Shown here in pieces: positions 23,021 to 29,596 of a stretch of 37,457 nt of DNA (position 1 is the first letter of the stretch; every line of letters starts with the position of its first letter). Location: IMG/VR virus record IMGVR_UViG_3300037485_000776, positions 1-37,457 of that record; one strand, given 5' to 3'. Made by a program: the position numbers and the translations under genes. This DNA comes from a virus. The notes below the pieces were generated by a model. It searched no databases, had not been told where the DNA came from, and saw only the letters and a list, made by a program, of their open reading frames with translations.

Positions 23021-23380
23021 CTAACATTTAGTTCCAGCGGATTCGCTACGCTCACCGCTGAACACGGCCCGCATCGCTACGTCAATTGCGGCGTCTAGCG
23101 ACTCTTCCCGCCAGCATGAAATGCCTGCTGGGGTGTGCGGCCGACCCATTGCAACCCACAGGCCTTCGTCAGCCGGGCGCCTGCCGCGCAGCCATCGGTA
23201 TCGGATCGCGTCGGCTAGATCGGATGGGTGCGTGCTTTTGTCGGCTTGCTCGCACAGCTTCGCGCTCTCGGCCATAGCCGCATCCCATGCATGCCGCGCC
23301 ATCAACCTCGCGGCCCTTGCCGCATCGTCGATGTCGTTAAGATAGACCCCATGATTAGCGCACCAGTCGTCGAATGTCAT
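23021..23380 (-). CDS. Hypothetical protein with RYRWLR motif (119 aa), GC-rich island
   Basis: Track ORF. Hand-counted G+C is 62% and 70% on lines 23081 and 23141 versus 40-45% in the flanks. The C-terminus reads into repeat copy 2. Confidence 0.6.
   Translation of the reverse strand: MTFDDWCANHGVYLNDIDDAARAARLMARHAWDAAMAESAKLCEQADKSTHPSDLADAIRYRWLRGRRPADEGLWVAMGRPHTPAGISCWREESLDAAIDVAMRAVFSGERSESAGTKC
23031..23063. repeat. 33-bp perfect direct repeat, copy 2
   Basis: Identical to 22694-22726, 337 bp away. Confidence 0.9.
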
Positions 23381-23382
23381 CG

Positions 23383-23661
23383 TTACTCTCCTTTATTTTC
23401 GCTACTTTGACCACTAGAATCTGCCCATTTCACTTCTACAAGAAGCGGCTTTTTCCCAACGTTTTCGTACAAGTACCAATGATCTCCATGACGAAGTTCA
23501 TTGCTATCTAGTGTGGTGTGACCAACGACATGAAACTCTCGAAGAGGAAATTCACCTAGTTTGGATGGCGGGTTCATCAAAATACCTAAACGCCGCATTT
23601 CTTCAATTGCTTTTAATAGTTGTTGGTTTCCAAAATTTGTGAGCATAAGTTTTTTTTGCAT
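23383..23661 (-). CDS. Hypothetical protein (92 aa)
   Basis: Track ORF. Confidence 0.55.
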   Translation of the reverse strand: MQKKLMLTNFGNQQLLKAIEEMRRLGILMNPPSKLGEFPLREFHVVGHTTLDSNELRHGDHWYLYENVGKKPLLVEVKWADSSGQSSENKGE

Positions 23662-23663
23662 AT

Positions 23664-23825
23664 TTACTCTCCTTTATTTTCTACGTTAGGCACTATTACG
23701 CCGTGTCTTTCGCAAAACATAGTTTTATTTTTTTCATCAATTTGAAGCGCATTAAAACATTCTGGACATGCCAAAATAAAACCTTTGTTTATTTCTTCCA
23801 TTGCCTCTTGAAAGTTAATACTCAT
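23664..23825 (-). CDS. Hypothetical zinc-ribbon-like small protein (53 aa)
   Basis: Hand-translated as MSINFQEAMEEINKGFILACPECFNALQIDEKNKTMFCERHGVIVPNVENKGE. Confidence 0.5.
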   Translation of the reverse strand: MSINFQEAMEEINKGFILACPECFNALQIDEKNKTMFCERHGVIVPNVENKGE

Positions 23826-23828
23826 GTT

Positions 23829-24032
23829 TTACTCTCCTTTAGGTGGGTTTGGTATTGGCATCCAGTGGGTTACAGCCCCTGGAATCACGCTAGGGTTCCA
23901 AGGGTGCGTCCAATCCTCCGGCAGCTTCCCGGCTTTAATGTAAGCGCAGTTAATCGCGCCATCAACGTAAACCAATGCCCAAACCCCATCCTTCGGTGCA
24001 GTTTCTATAGGTTGCCATTCGCTCATTTTCAT
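23829..24032 (-). CDS. WxPIxTAPKDG-motif protein (DUF551-like), paralog 3 of the tandem trio (67 aa)
   Basis: MSEWQPIETAPKDG ... THWMPIPNPPKGE. Confidence 0.65.
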   Translation of the reverse strand: MKMSEWQPIETAPKDGVWALVYVDGAINCAYIKAGKLPEDWTHPWNPSVIPGAVTHWMPIPNPPKGE

Positions 24033-24232
24033 TCTCCTTTAGGTGGGTTTGGTAGTGGCCCCCAGTGGGTTAATGGCGTATTCTCAAAACCAAGCCCGTC
24101 TTGCGAACATTTGTCCACATACCAACCAAGAGCGCCGTCCCATTGCGCAATGACTATGCCTAGCAAACTTGGGTCAAATCCCAAAATTTTGCTTCCATCC
24201 TTCGGTGCAGTCTCTATTGGTTGCCAAGTCAT
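24029..24232 (-). CDS. WxPIxTAPKDG-motif protein, paralog 2 (67 aa)
   Basis: MTWQPIETAPKDG ... THWGPLPNPPKGE. ATGA overlaps on both sides. Confidence 0.65.
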   Translation of the reverse strand: MTWQPIETAPKDGSKILGFDPSLLGIVIAQWDGALGWYVDKCSQDGLGFENTPLTHWGPLPNPPKGE

Positions 24233-24543
24233 TTCATCTCTCCTGTAGGTAGGTTTGGTATTGGCATCCAGTGAGTTGGGTTTTTGTAGTTAAACCTCCA
24301 AGCCCCGTCTCGGTAAGAATAAGTCCAGTAACCAGTTGCGCGGAAACCATCCCAATGATTATTTGTGAACTTAGCGACAACGGGGCGGTCGTCACCGTCA
24401 ACTTTGTCTAAATAAGCGGGTTCGTTTATTTCGCCATTACTCAAAATAACCCGCTCCAAATAAGTAGATTCGTCTGTTTTTCCACCCCACACAATAACCC
24501 AAGTTCCATCCTTCGGTGCAGTTTTTATTGGTTGCCAAGTCAT
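24229..24543 (-). CDS. WxPIxTAPKDG-motif protein, paralog 1, long form (104 aa)
   Basis: MTWQPIKTAPKDGTWV ... DGDDRPVVAKF ... THWMPIPNLP. Resembles the 77-aa protein at 28960-29193. Confidence 0.65.
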   Translation of the reverse strand: MTWQPIKTAPKDGTWVIVWGGKTDESTYLERVILSNGEINEPAYLDKVDGDDRPVVAKFTNNHWDGFRATGYWTYSYRDGAWRFNYKNPTHWMPIPNLPTGEMK

Positions 24544-24740
24544 TTCATCTCTCCTTTGTTTTGAAGCATGTGTTGAATTGCGCTGCCGCGAAGCATGTAT
24601 TGAATTGCGCTACCGCTTTTCATCCAAGCATTTCTATCTTCTCTAAGTGTTTGCAATTCACGGCTAAACCAATTTAAAGCCTCAATCAGTTCTTCTCGTG
24701 AAAGCGTGTCAATTTCTTTTCCCTTCCATGTATGTATCAT
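24540..24740 (-). CDS. Hypothetical protein (66 aa) with a 27-nt internal tandem duplication
   Basis: SGSAIQYMLRGSAIQHML. It is the first gene after the promoter at 24765-24792. Confidence 0.55.
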   Translation of the reverse strand: MIHTWKGKEIDTLSREELIEALNWFSRELQTLREDRNAWMKSGSAIQYMLRGSAIQHMLQNKGEMK

Positions 24741-24764
24741 TTCACTCTCCTTTATTTTGTGTGT

Positions 24765-24792
24765 AGTTTACACAATAAAATGTAGCTGTCAA
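24765..24792 (-). promoter_or_regulatory. Sigma70-like promoter
   Basis: Minus-sense TTGACA-16 nt-TAAACT. The -35 box overlaps the stop of the 155-aa gene. Confidence 0.5.
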
Positions 24793-25256
24793 TCAAAAAC
24801 TATCCCATCAAATCCTAAATTGCGCGGTTTTTTGTTTTCTTGCTTCATGTACTCATCTTCAATCTGTTTCGACTTTGCGGTTAAATAAGCGTCAACTTTA
24901 TAAAGCCATTTCGCTGGCATTATTTTCCATTTTTCGTCCAAATCTGTCTTTTTTGGCATCAGCTCAGGGTAATGCTGTTTGAGTATAGGTTTGTAATGGT
25001 GCCAAGGAAAGGCTATACGCCCCACCATTGCTTTTCTAATGTCTGCCGATAGCTCCACTATATCCTTGCCATCTTCTTGCATCCAGCGCGTTATAGCCAT
25101 GCTTGCGTATGGCGCGCGTCCAAAGTGGCAATTACAGTACCAATGCTGGCCGTCAATGCTGTTACCGGCTGGCGCATCGCAGTTGTGAGCATTGCATCCT
25201 GTTGACTTTGGCTCGTCCTGTTCTTTTTTAACAGTCAATTCCTTGAACTTTTTCAT
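24789..25256 (-). CDS. Hypothetical Cys/His-rich protein downstream of the replication initiator (155 aa)
   Basis: GCNAHNCDAP ... HWYCNCHFG. ATGA overlap with the initiator gene. Confidence 0.55.
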   Translation of the reverse strand: MKKFKELTVKKEQDEPKSTGCNAHNCDAPAGNSIDGQHWYCNCHFGRAPYASMAITRWMQEDGKDIVELSADIRKAMVGRIAFPWHHYKPILKQHYPELMPKKTDLDEKWKIMPAKWLYKVDAYLTAKSKQIEDEYMKQENKKPRNLGFDGIVFD

Positions 25257-26014
25257 CTGTGATATTTCCCTTCTAAAACTTTGGCAAAGTTATTCGGCCT
25301 CATTAGCCATTCAAAATCAGCCCGGAACGGCACTTTCCCATTCCTGCCATCCGCACTACCAATCAAAAACTTGGATTCAGCCACTTTCAAAAAATACGAT
25401 TCAAAAAACTCAAGACCTTCGCTTTCCGTTTCCCAACTATCAGCCTGGCAGACTTCCCGCCATCGGCTTGCAGCATAAGCCTGTCGGGTTTTTGTCATTA
25501 CAGCCACTTGTGGGCAGGTTGGCAGCGCTTTGTGGTACAGATCAACTAACTTTTCAACAGGGCATCTTAAAGGTGCATCGCGTGAGCGATCACTAAGATA
25601 CGTAGTATCTTTATCTTTTATATTGGTTATTGGTTTATGGTTAGTGGTTAGGTGGCGGTTCGTGTCTTGTTCGTTCACGGTTCGTTCACGGTTCGTGCGC
25701 CTTTTTTCTTCCCGTTCTTTTGCTATTCTTGCGTTAGTGCTTGAATTTTCGTGATATTTATCAATTTCATCCTGTATTCTTGACTGAAAATACACACCGT
25801 TGTTTTCTGTAAAGAATTTTTCTAAAACAAACCGGACTGCCTCTTTTTCTTGGTCAGTTCTAGCCCAACACCAGTCATAAGCCTGTTCGATTGTCGGGAA
25901 TTGTTCACGGTCATAGCACGCATCCATCAGAAGCGTGTACGCTCCGTGCTCAAGCATGGAAAGCCTTCCAGCTTTTTTGTGGTAATCCCCGATGTTTCTT
26001 TTGAAGTAATGCAT
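25253..26014 (-). CDS. DUF1376 (YdaU-like) replication initiator-like protein (253 aa)
   Basis: The N-terminus MHYFKRNIGDYHKKAGRLSMLEHGAYTLLMDACYD matches the DUF1376 signature as I recall it from E. coli Rac YdaU. The middle of the gene carries iteron-like DNA repeats. Confidence 0.75.
   Translation of the reverse strand: MHYFKRNIGDYHKKAGRLSMLEHGAYTLLMDACYDREQFPTIEQAYDWCWARTDQEKEAVRFVLEKFFTENNGVYFQSRIQDEIDKYHENSSTNARIAKEREEKRRTNRERTVNEQDTNRHLTTNHKPITNIKDKDTTYLSDRSRDAPLRCPVEKLVDLYHKALPTCPQVAVMTKTRQAYAASRWREVCQADSWETESEGLEFFESYFLKVAESKFLIGSADGRNGKVPFRADFEWLMRPNNFAKVLEGKYHR
25624..25700. repeat. Iteron-like array inside the initiator gene: 4 x 7-mer TGGTTWN (25624-25651) followed by 4 x 11-mer KGTTCGTKNNN (25657-25700). 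Candidate replication origin.
   Basis: Unit starts at 25624, 25631, 25638 and 25645, then at 25657, 25668, 25679 and 25690, with exact 7- and 11-nt spacing. An AT-rich stretch and the palindrome AAGATAC-gta-GTATCTT (25595-25611) lie adjacent. Confidence 0.5.
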
Positions 26015-26148
26015 ACAATCCTCTTTGGTGGACGATCCCGTGTGGAAATTACCGGGAGCATTCGACTCGGTGGAGTCATTGAGGCGGCATCGAGACCGTC
26101 CCCAAAGAGAACTGTATCAATGCTCCATTTACGCTTTCCACGGCGTAA
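26015..26148 (-). promoter_or_regulatory. Structured 134-nt leader of the replication initiator gene, with interleaved helices (a pseudoknot or alternative folds) that include the SD
   Basis: Helix A is 26055-62/26119-26 (8 bp perfect). Helix B is 26021-28/26102-09 (8 bp perfect) and covers the SD (GAGG, complement at 26020-23). Local hairpins at 26064-77 and 26130-47. Confidence 0.45.
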
Positions 26149-26457
26149 TTAGATTTTATTCGTTTGCTTCAAAAATGCAAGTCCTTGCTTAGTAATCGCC
26201 CACACTCTCGCGGGTCGTCCTTTTATGCTCAACCTTGTCTCAGTAGTAACTCTGATAAGGTTTGTCATCTCCGGCAGTCGTCGGCTTATCTGGTACTTGT
26301 CTATCCAGCAATTCACTGCAATTTCGTCAGCAGTGCCATCTTTCATGTCGGCTAATGCCAGCAAAATAGCGCGGTAGTGGCAGGGCGCAAAGTTTGCCGC
26401 ATTCTCGCCAGCATCTTTACTCGTTGCCGGGTCTGTCTTTCTTGCTCTCATTTTCAT
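26149..26457 (-). CDS. Winged-helix DNA-binding protein (102 aa)
   Basis: RKTDPATSKDAG...ILLAL...GTADEIA......QISRRLPEM...LIRVT...GRPARVWAIT..G is a typical MarR-like wHTH pattern found next to phage replication genes. Confidence 0.6.
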   Translation of the reverse strand: MKMRARKTDPATSKDAGENAANFAPCHYRAILLALADMKDGTADEIAVNCWIDKYQISRRLPEMTNLIRVTTETRLSIKGRPARVWAITKQGLAFLKQTNKI

Positions 26458-26620
26458 CTCCTATGAAATAATCACATCCTTTTGCTGGAATCAAAAAAGC
26501 CTCAAAGTCACTCACTACTTGGTAACCAACAGGCCGCCAAGGTGAAGTGAACCGCAAGCATTTATTACGCTGTTCGCACTTTTTAGCCTCGCATCTCGCC
26601 ATGTCATAAGGTAATGTCAT
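26417..26620 (-). CDS. Hypothetical Cys-rich protein (67 aa)
   Basis: ATG 26620 has SD AGGAAGAG. The track start at 26704 and the ATG at 26683 are alternatives. MTLPYDMARCEAKKCEQRNKCLRF. Confidence 0.5.
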   Translation of the reverse strand: MTLPYDMARCEAKKCEQRNKCLRFTSPWRPVGYQVVSDFEAFLIPAKGCDYFIGDENESKKDRPGNE

Positions 26621-26679
26621 ATTCTCTTCCTGCAAATCGCTGTTAATTTTTTTCGGTGTGCGAATTAGTATGAAGCAAG

Positions 26680-26991
26680 TCATATTTGACCTTTGCACGG
26701 CCATGTAGCGCCAAACACTGCTACCACTATCACGTATGCGTCTAAGTGTCGATATTTTGGGTCTGTTTTTAGGTAGTTATGCACAACATCACGCGCTTGT
26801 CCGAAAGTAACTCCATCGGGGGAACAGTGGGCGGTTCCTCGCATAAGCTGGAAAATGCCCGTTATGTATCCTAAGGCATGCATTTTGAGCATATGTTCAC
26901 TGCTTTCAATGTTGTCCAGCAGTGTGTTTCCTGTCACTTGTGCGCTTGCAGTAGAGGCGGCAAACAGTAGGGCGGCTAGTAGCTTTTTCAT
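26680..26991 (-). CDS. Secreted Rap1a/Tai4-like protein (103 aa), related to T6SS amidase-effector immunity proteins
   Basis: Signal peptide MKKLLAALLFAASTASA|Q. The blocks GYITGIF...HCSPDGVTFGQARDVVHNYLKTDPKYRHLDAYVIVVAVFGATWPC match the Rap1a-domain pattern as I remember it. Confidence 0.55.
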   Translation of the reverse strand: MKKLLAALLFAASTASAQVTGNTLLDNIESSEHMLKMHALGYITGIFQLMRGTAHCSPDGVTFGQARDVVHNYLKTDPKYRHLDAYVIVVAVFGATWPCKGQI

Positions 26992-26992
26992 T

Positions 26993-27172
26993 TCACTTTT
27001 CCTTTATCGTTTCAATAAGAAGCCTGATGCCATTTGAACTGTCTAACGGTCTTTTGCCGTTTTCTTTTAAGTATTTCCTTCCCTGCTCGTCAATCCATAA
27101 CTTACCCGCTTGACGTATATTTATTGTCTGAGCCACGTTCAGGCGTTGTAGTGTTCCAGTGTGCGTGTACAT
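26993..27172 (-). CDS. Hypothetical protein (59 aa)
   Basis: Hand-translated as MYTHTGTLQRLNVAQTINIRQAGKLWIDEQGRKYLKENGKRPLDSSNGIRLLIETIKEK. TAATG overlap with the upstream gene. One residue below the track cutoff. Confidence 0.55.
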   Translation of the reverse strand: MYTHTGTLQRLNVAQTINIRQAGKLWIDEQGRKYLKENGKRPLDSSNGIRLLIETIKEK

Positions 27173-27459
27173 TAAATCACCTTTATCAGTTCACGTTCAA
27201 AAAGTTGAGCTATCGTCTTTCGGTGTGCTTCTTCCCATAAAAATTGTTTTTGGTGCTTGGTTAATGCCTTGCTTTGGTCAATATCAGCGTGACACCTGAA
27301 ACACAAAGCAGCTACCCTGTAATCATGCGCCTTTATCCCCGTACCTTTGCCGTCTCTGAGTTGGTTCGAGTGCGCTGCTACAACAGTGCCATCTTCCGCG
27401 CCGCAGTTTTGGCATGGCATTTCACGACAAGCCTCAAGTAGTTTTTTTGAGCGGTACAT
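27172..27459 (-). CDS. YbcO/DUF1364-family protein (putative nuclease)
   Basis: PCQNCGAEDGTVVAAHSN..RDGKGTGIKAHDYRVAALCFRCHADID aligns by eye with E. coli DLP12 YbcO (CQVRIPGVCNG..VLAHIR......GTGTKPPD..ACSACHDEID). The ATG at 27459 is preferred over the TTG at 27477. Confidence 0.7.
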   Translation of the reverse strand: MYRSKKLLEACREMPCQNCGAEDGTVVAAHSNQLRDGKGTGIKAHDYRVAALCFRCHADIDQSKALTKHQKQFLWEEAHRKTIAQLFERELIKVI

Positions 27460-27643
27460 AAATTTTCTCTTTAACAAGGTGGCCGTATTTTTGTGCTATT
27501 TCTTTATCAATTACTAATACATTTTCACCGTCCGGCGTTTTGAAGTAGTTACCTAAATCCACACACCTCCTTCCATCTTCCCGATTCGGGTCATCAACAA
27601 AAACCATGCAAATAACGCCAGTATTTATCAAACAATCATTCAT
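27434..27643 (-). CDS. Hypothetical protein (69 aa)
   Basis: Track ORF. Confidence 0.5.
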   Translation of the reverse strand: MNDCLINTGVICMVFVDDPNREDGRRCVDLGNYFKTPDGENVLVIDKEIAQKYGHLVKEKIYVPLKKTT

Positions 27644-28004
27644 TTTGTGCCTTCCATGCTTTTATGTATTCAATCAAATCTGTCATCTGCGACTTACTCA
27701 GGGTACTAGTACGCTGATACAAAACATCCATGCCCTGACCGTCCACGGCTTGAACATACAAAACCCCGCCTTGTTGAGTAGCTCGCATCCATGCCGCTGT
27801 AAGTAGCCGTTTCCATTGCTCTACTTCCAGCGTCATGTTGCACCATTTTTTATTTGCTGCCAGCTCCTGCAATTCAGCGTGTAAAAGCGCGTTTTGCTCA
27901 AGATTGCGCGTCGGTTCCGTCACTTTCACCACCCAACCATCAGGCGCTTGCCTAATGGCTTGGATGGCGTTTTCTCGTGCAGCCTGGTGGACTAACCTGA
28001 ACAT
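27636..28004 (-). CDS. ninB: NinB/Orf-family recombination mediator
   Basis: RENAIQAIRQAPDGWVVKVTEPTRNLEQNALLHAEL...WKRLLTAAW aligns by eye with lambda NinB (QQNAIHAVQQ..VVTIQERNRSLDQNRKLWACL..WKCVFTAAL). ATG 28004 forms a TGATG overlap with the erf stop. Confidence 0.8.
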   Translation of the reverse strand: MFRLVHQAARENAIQAIRQAPDGWVVKVTEPTRNLEQNALLHAELQELAANKKWCNMTLEVEQWKRLLTAAWMRATQQGGVLYVQAVDGQGMDVLYQRTSTLSKSQMTDLIEYIKAWKAQNE

Positions 28005-28705
28005 CACGGCACTAGCTCCGTCGCCATTTTCTTGGCTGCTATTATTTTCTTAATAGCGCTACGTTTCCCGCTGCTTACTTTTGACGATAAAGCCGCCATC
28101 TGGTCAGTGTCCAGCGTTTGCTTTGCTTTTGTGTATGCGTCAAATGCACCTTGGTCATCAGCGCCTTCTATTTCCATTGCAAAATCCAGAATTAGGGCGC
28201 GTTCCTGTTCGTCACACTTGTCAAAATAGTCCATGCCACCTACATTAGCGGGTATTTGCATTTTTTTTTCAGCGGGTTTTGGCTTGCTTGCAGCGTTACC
28301 ATCGTCATCTTCTGGCGCGATACCACTTGCCGCCATTAAGCTGTTGCGTCTAGCATAAGTCAGCGCCGAGGCATACCCCTGCGGGTCTTGTTTGCTTGCC
28401 GGAACTCGAAAAATCCCGCCGCTGATCTGTTCACCGCTTTCGTGTATAAATATGGTCTCAATCGCCACTCCGTTTTCGCACTCGTGGGTTTTTTGCATCA
28501 GGGCAAAGCCGTTTTTGTGCAAACTGTCAATTACAGCTTCGACGCAAGCGCTCAAATCAGCGTAACGGCTGCGAAAATGCGGGTTTGTGCTGGTTTTCAG
28601 TGCTGCGCCGAATCCAGCCTGGGCGCGTACAAATGCGGCTGATGCTTTCATGTCTAAATACTCCCGTTCTTTCATCACTGTTTCTAAAAATTCTTGTTGG
28701 CTCAT
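28004..28705 (-). CDS. erf: ERF-family single-strand annealing protein
   Basis: NPHFRSRYADLSACVEAVIDSL and DPQGYASALTYARRNSLMAASGI parallel P22 Erf (NSFGKYKYRSCEDILEGVKPLL and AQVTGATSSYARKYCLNGLFGI). ATG 28705 (MSQQEF) has SD GGAGA. The track start at 28888 is an upstream read-through. Confidence 0.8.
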   Translation of the reverse strand: MSQQEFLETVMKEREYLDMKASAAFVRAQAGFGAALKTSTNPHFRSRYADLSACVEAVIDSLHKNGFALMQKTHECENGVAIETIFIHESGEQISGGIFRVPASKQDPQGYASALTYARRNSLMAASGIAPEDDDGNAASKPKPAEKKMQIPANVGGMDYFDKCDEQERALILDFAMEIEGADDQGAFDAYTKAKQTLDTDQMAALSSKVSSGKRSAIKKIIAAKKMATELVP

Positions 28706-28706
28706 T

Positions 28707-28949
28707 TCATTCTCCTTTATGTGGTAGTTTTGGTATTGGCATCCAATAAGTAGGAATAAACTCCACAGAAAAATTTGATGCTTGGCTAGACCATCCACCT
28801 TGATTTGGCCAACTTCCCGAACACCATTTCGATATCGAAATGGTTTCTTTTCTATCGCTATATCCATAGCTCTCTGGTAAATACCCAAAAGTAAGTATCT
28901 GCTCGCCAGTAATTTTTGGAGCGGTTTCTATTGGTTTCCATTCACTCAT
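28707..28949 (-). CDS. WxPIxTAPK-motif protein, paralog 5 (80 aa)
   Basis: MSEWKPIETAPK ... TYWMPIPKLPHKGE. ATG 28949 carries the junction motif. The track start at 29045 is read-through. Confidence 0.6.
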   Translation of the reverse strand: MSEWKPIETAPKITGEQILTFGYLPESYGYSDRKETISISKWCSGSWPNQGGWSSQASNFSVEFIPTYWMPIPKLPHKGE

Positions 28950-28959
28950 TTCATTCTCC

Positions 28960-29193
28960 TTATTTAGGTAGTGGCATCCAATAGGTAGGTTTGTCGTAGA
29001 TTGAATTCCAGCCAGAATCCCAATATGCATAAGTCCAGTACCCATCCCAATAATCGGTCATAAACTTGGCGACAACGGGGCGGTCGTCACCGTCAATTTT
29101 TTCCCAAGAAAAAAAACCTTCTCTTGGTTTTCCACCTTTCAAAAGAACCCATGTACCATCTTTAGGTGCTGTTTTTATAGGCCGCCATTCCAC
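28960..29193 (-). CDS. WxPIxTAPKDG-motif protein, paralog 4 (77 aa)
   Basis: MEWRPIKTAPKDGTWV...DGDDRPVVAKF...YWTYAYWD...PTYWMPLPK. Confidence 0.6.
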   Translation of the reverse strand: MEWRPIKTAPKDGTWVLLKGGKPREGFFSWEKIDGDDRPVVAKFMTDYWDGYWTYAYWDSGWNSIYDKPTYWMPLPK

Positions 29194-29432
29194 TTGATTT
29201 CTCCTGTAGAAGTGGTCGGCGGAACCTGTTTGGCCTTTAACTCAACTTTTTTATATGTAGGCCGTATGGCTAGAATATCCAGTTCCAAATGGTTTACTAT
29301 TGCATCTACTACTTGATTTATTGGTATTGGTTGAGACATTAAGTAGTAACCTTTTGTCGGATATATAGATACGCTACTTTCTAGTGCATCTAACCGTTTT
29401 TTTAATTCAGCTATTTCTTTATTACTAAACAT
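29175..29432 (-). CDS. Hypothetical protein (85 aa)
   Basis: Track ORF with SD AAGGAGA. Confidence 0.55.
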   Translation of the reverse strand: MFSNKEIAELKKRLDALESSVSIYPTKGYYLMSQPIPINQVVDAIVNHLELDILAIRPTYKKVELKAKQVPPTTSTGEIKWNGGL

Positions 29433-29455
29433 GCTATTTCTCCTTTGTTAAAATT

Positions 29456-29596
29456 TCAATCATGCGCTAAGTTCAAACACACCCCACAGGCAAACCCACA
29501 CAGCCAAAACGCCCATGTATCAATAGAAATACCACCAGATGCTAATGAGATACCTAAAATGCCACCTAATAAACCTGCAAATATTGCTTTTCTCAT
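29456..29596 (-). CDS. Small membrane protein (46 aa, 2 TM)
   Basis: Hand-translated as MRKAIFAGLLGGILGISLASGGISIDTWAFWLCGFACGVCLNLAHD. Junction motif GGAGAATGAAATG. It is the first gene after the promoter at 29619-29646. Confidence 0.5.
   Translation of the reverse strand: MRKAIFAGLLGGILGISLASGGISIDTWAFWLCGFACGVCLNLAHD

Noticed and set aside
22694-23063. CRISPR mini-array or integron attC interpretation of the 33-bp repeats.
   Set aside because: There are only two copies, separated by 304 bp, which is far too long for a spacer. The GTT...AAC ends are in the opposite arrangement to attC (R'' ..AAC / GTT.. R'). No Cas or integron-integrase gene is present.
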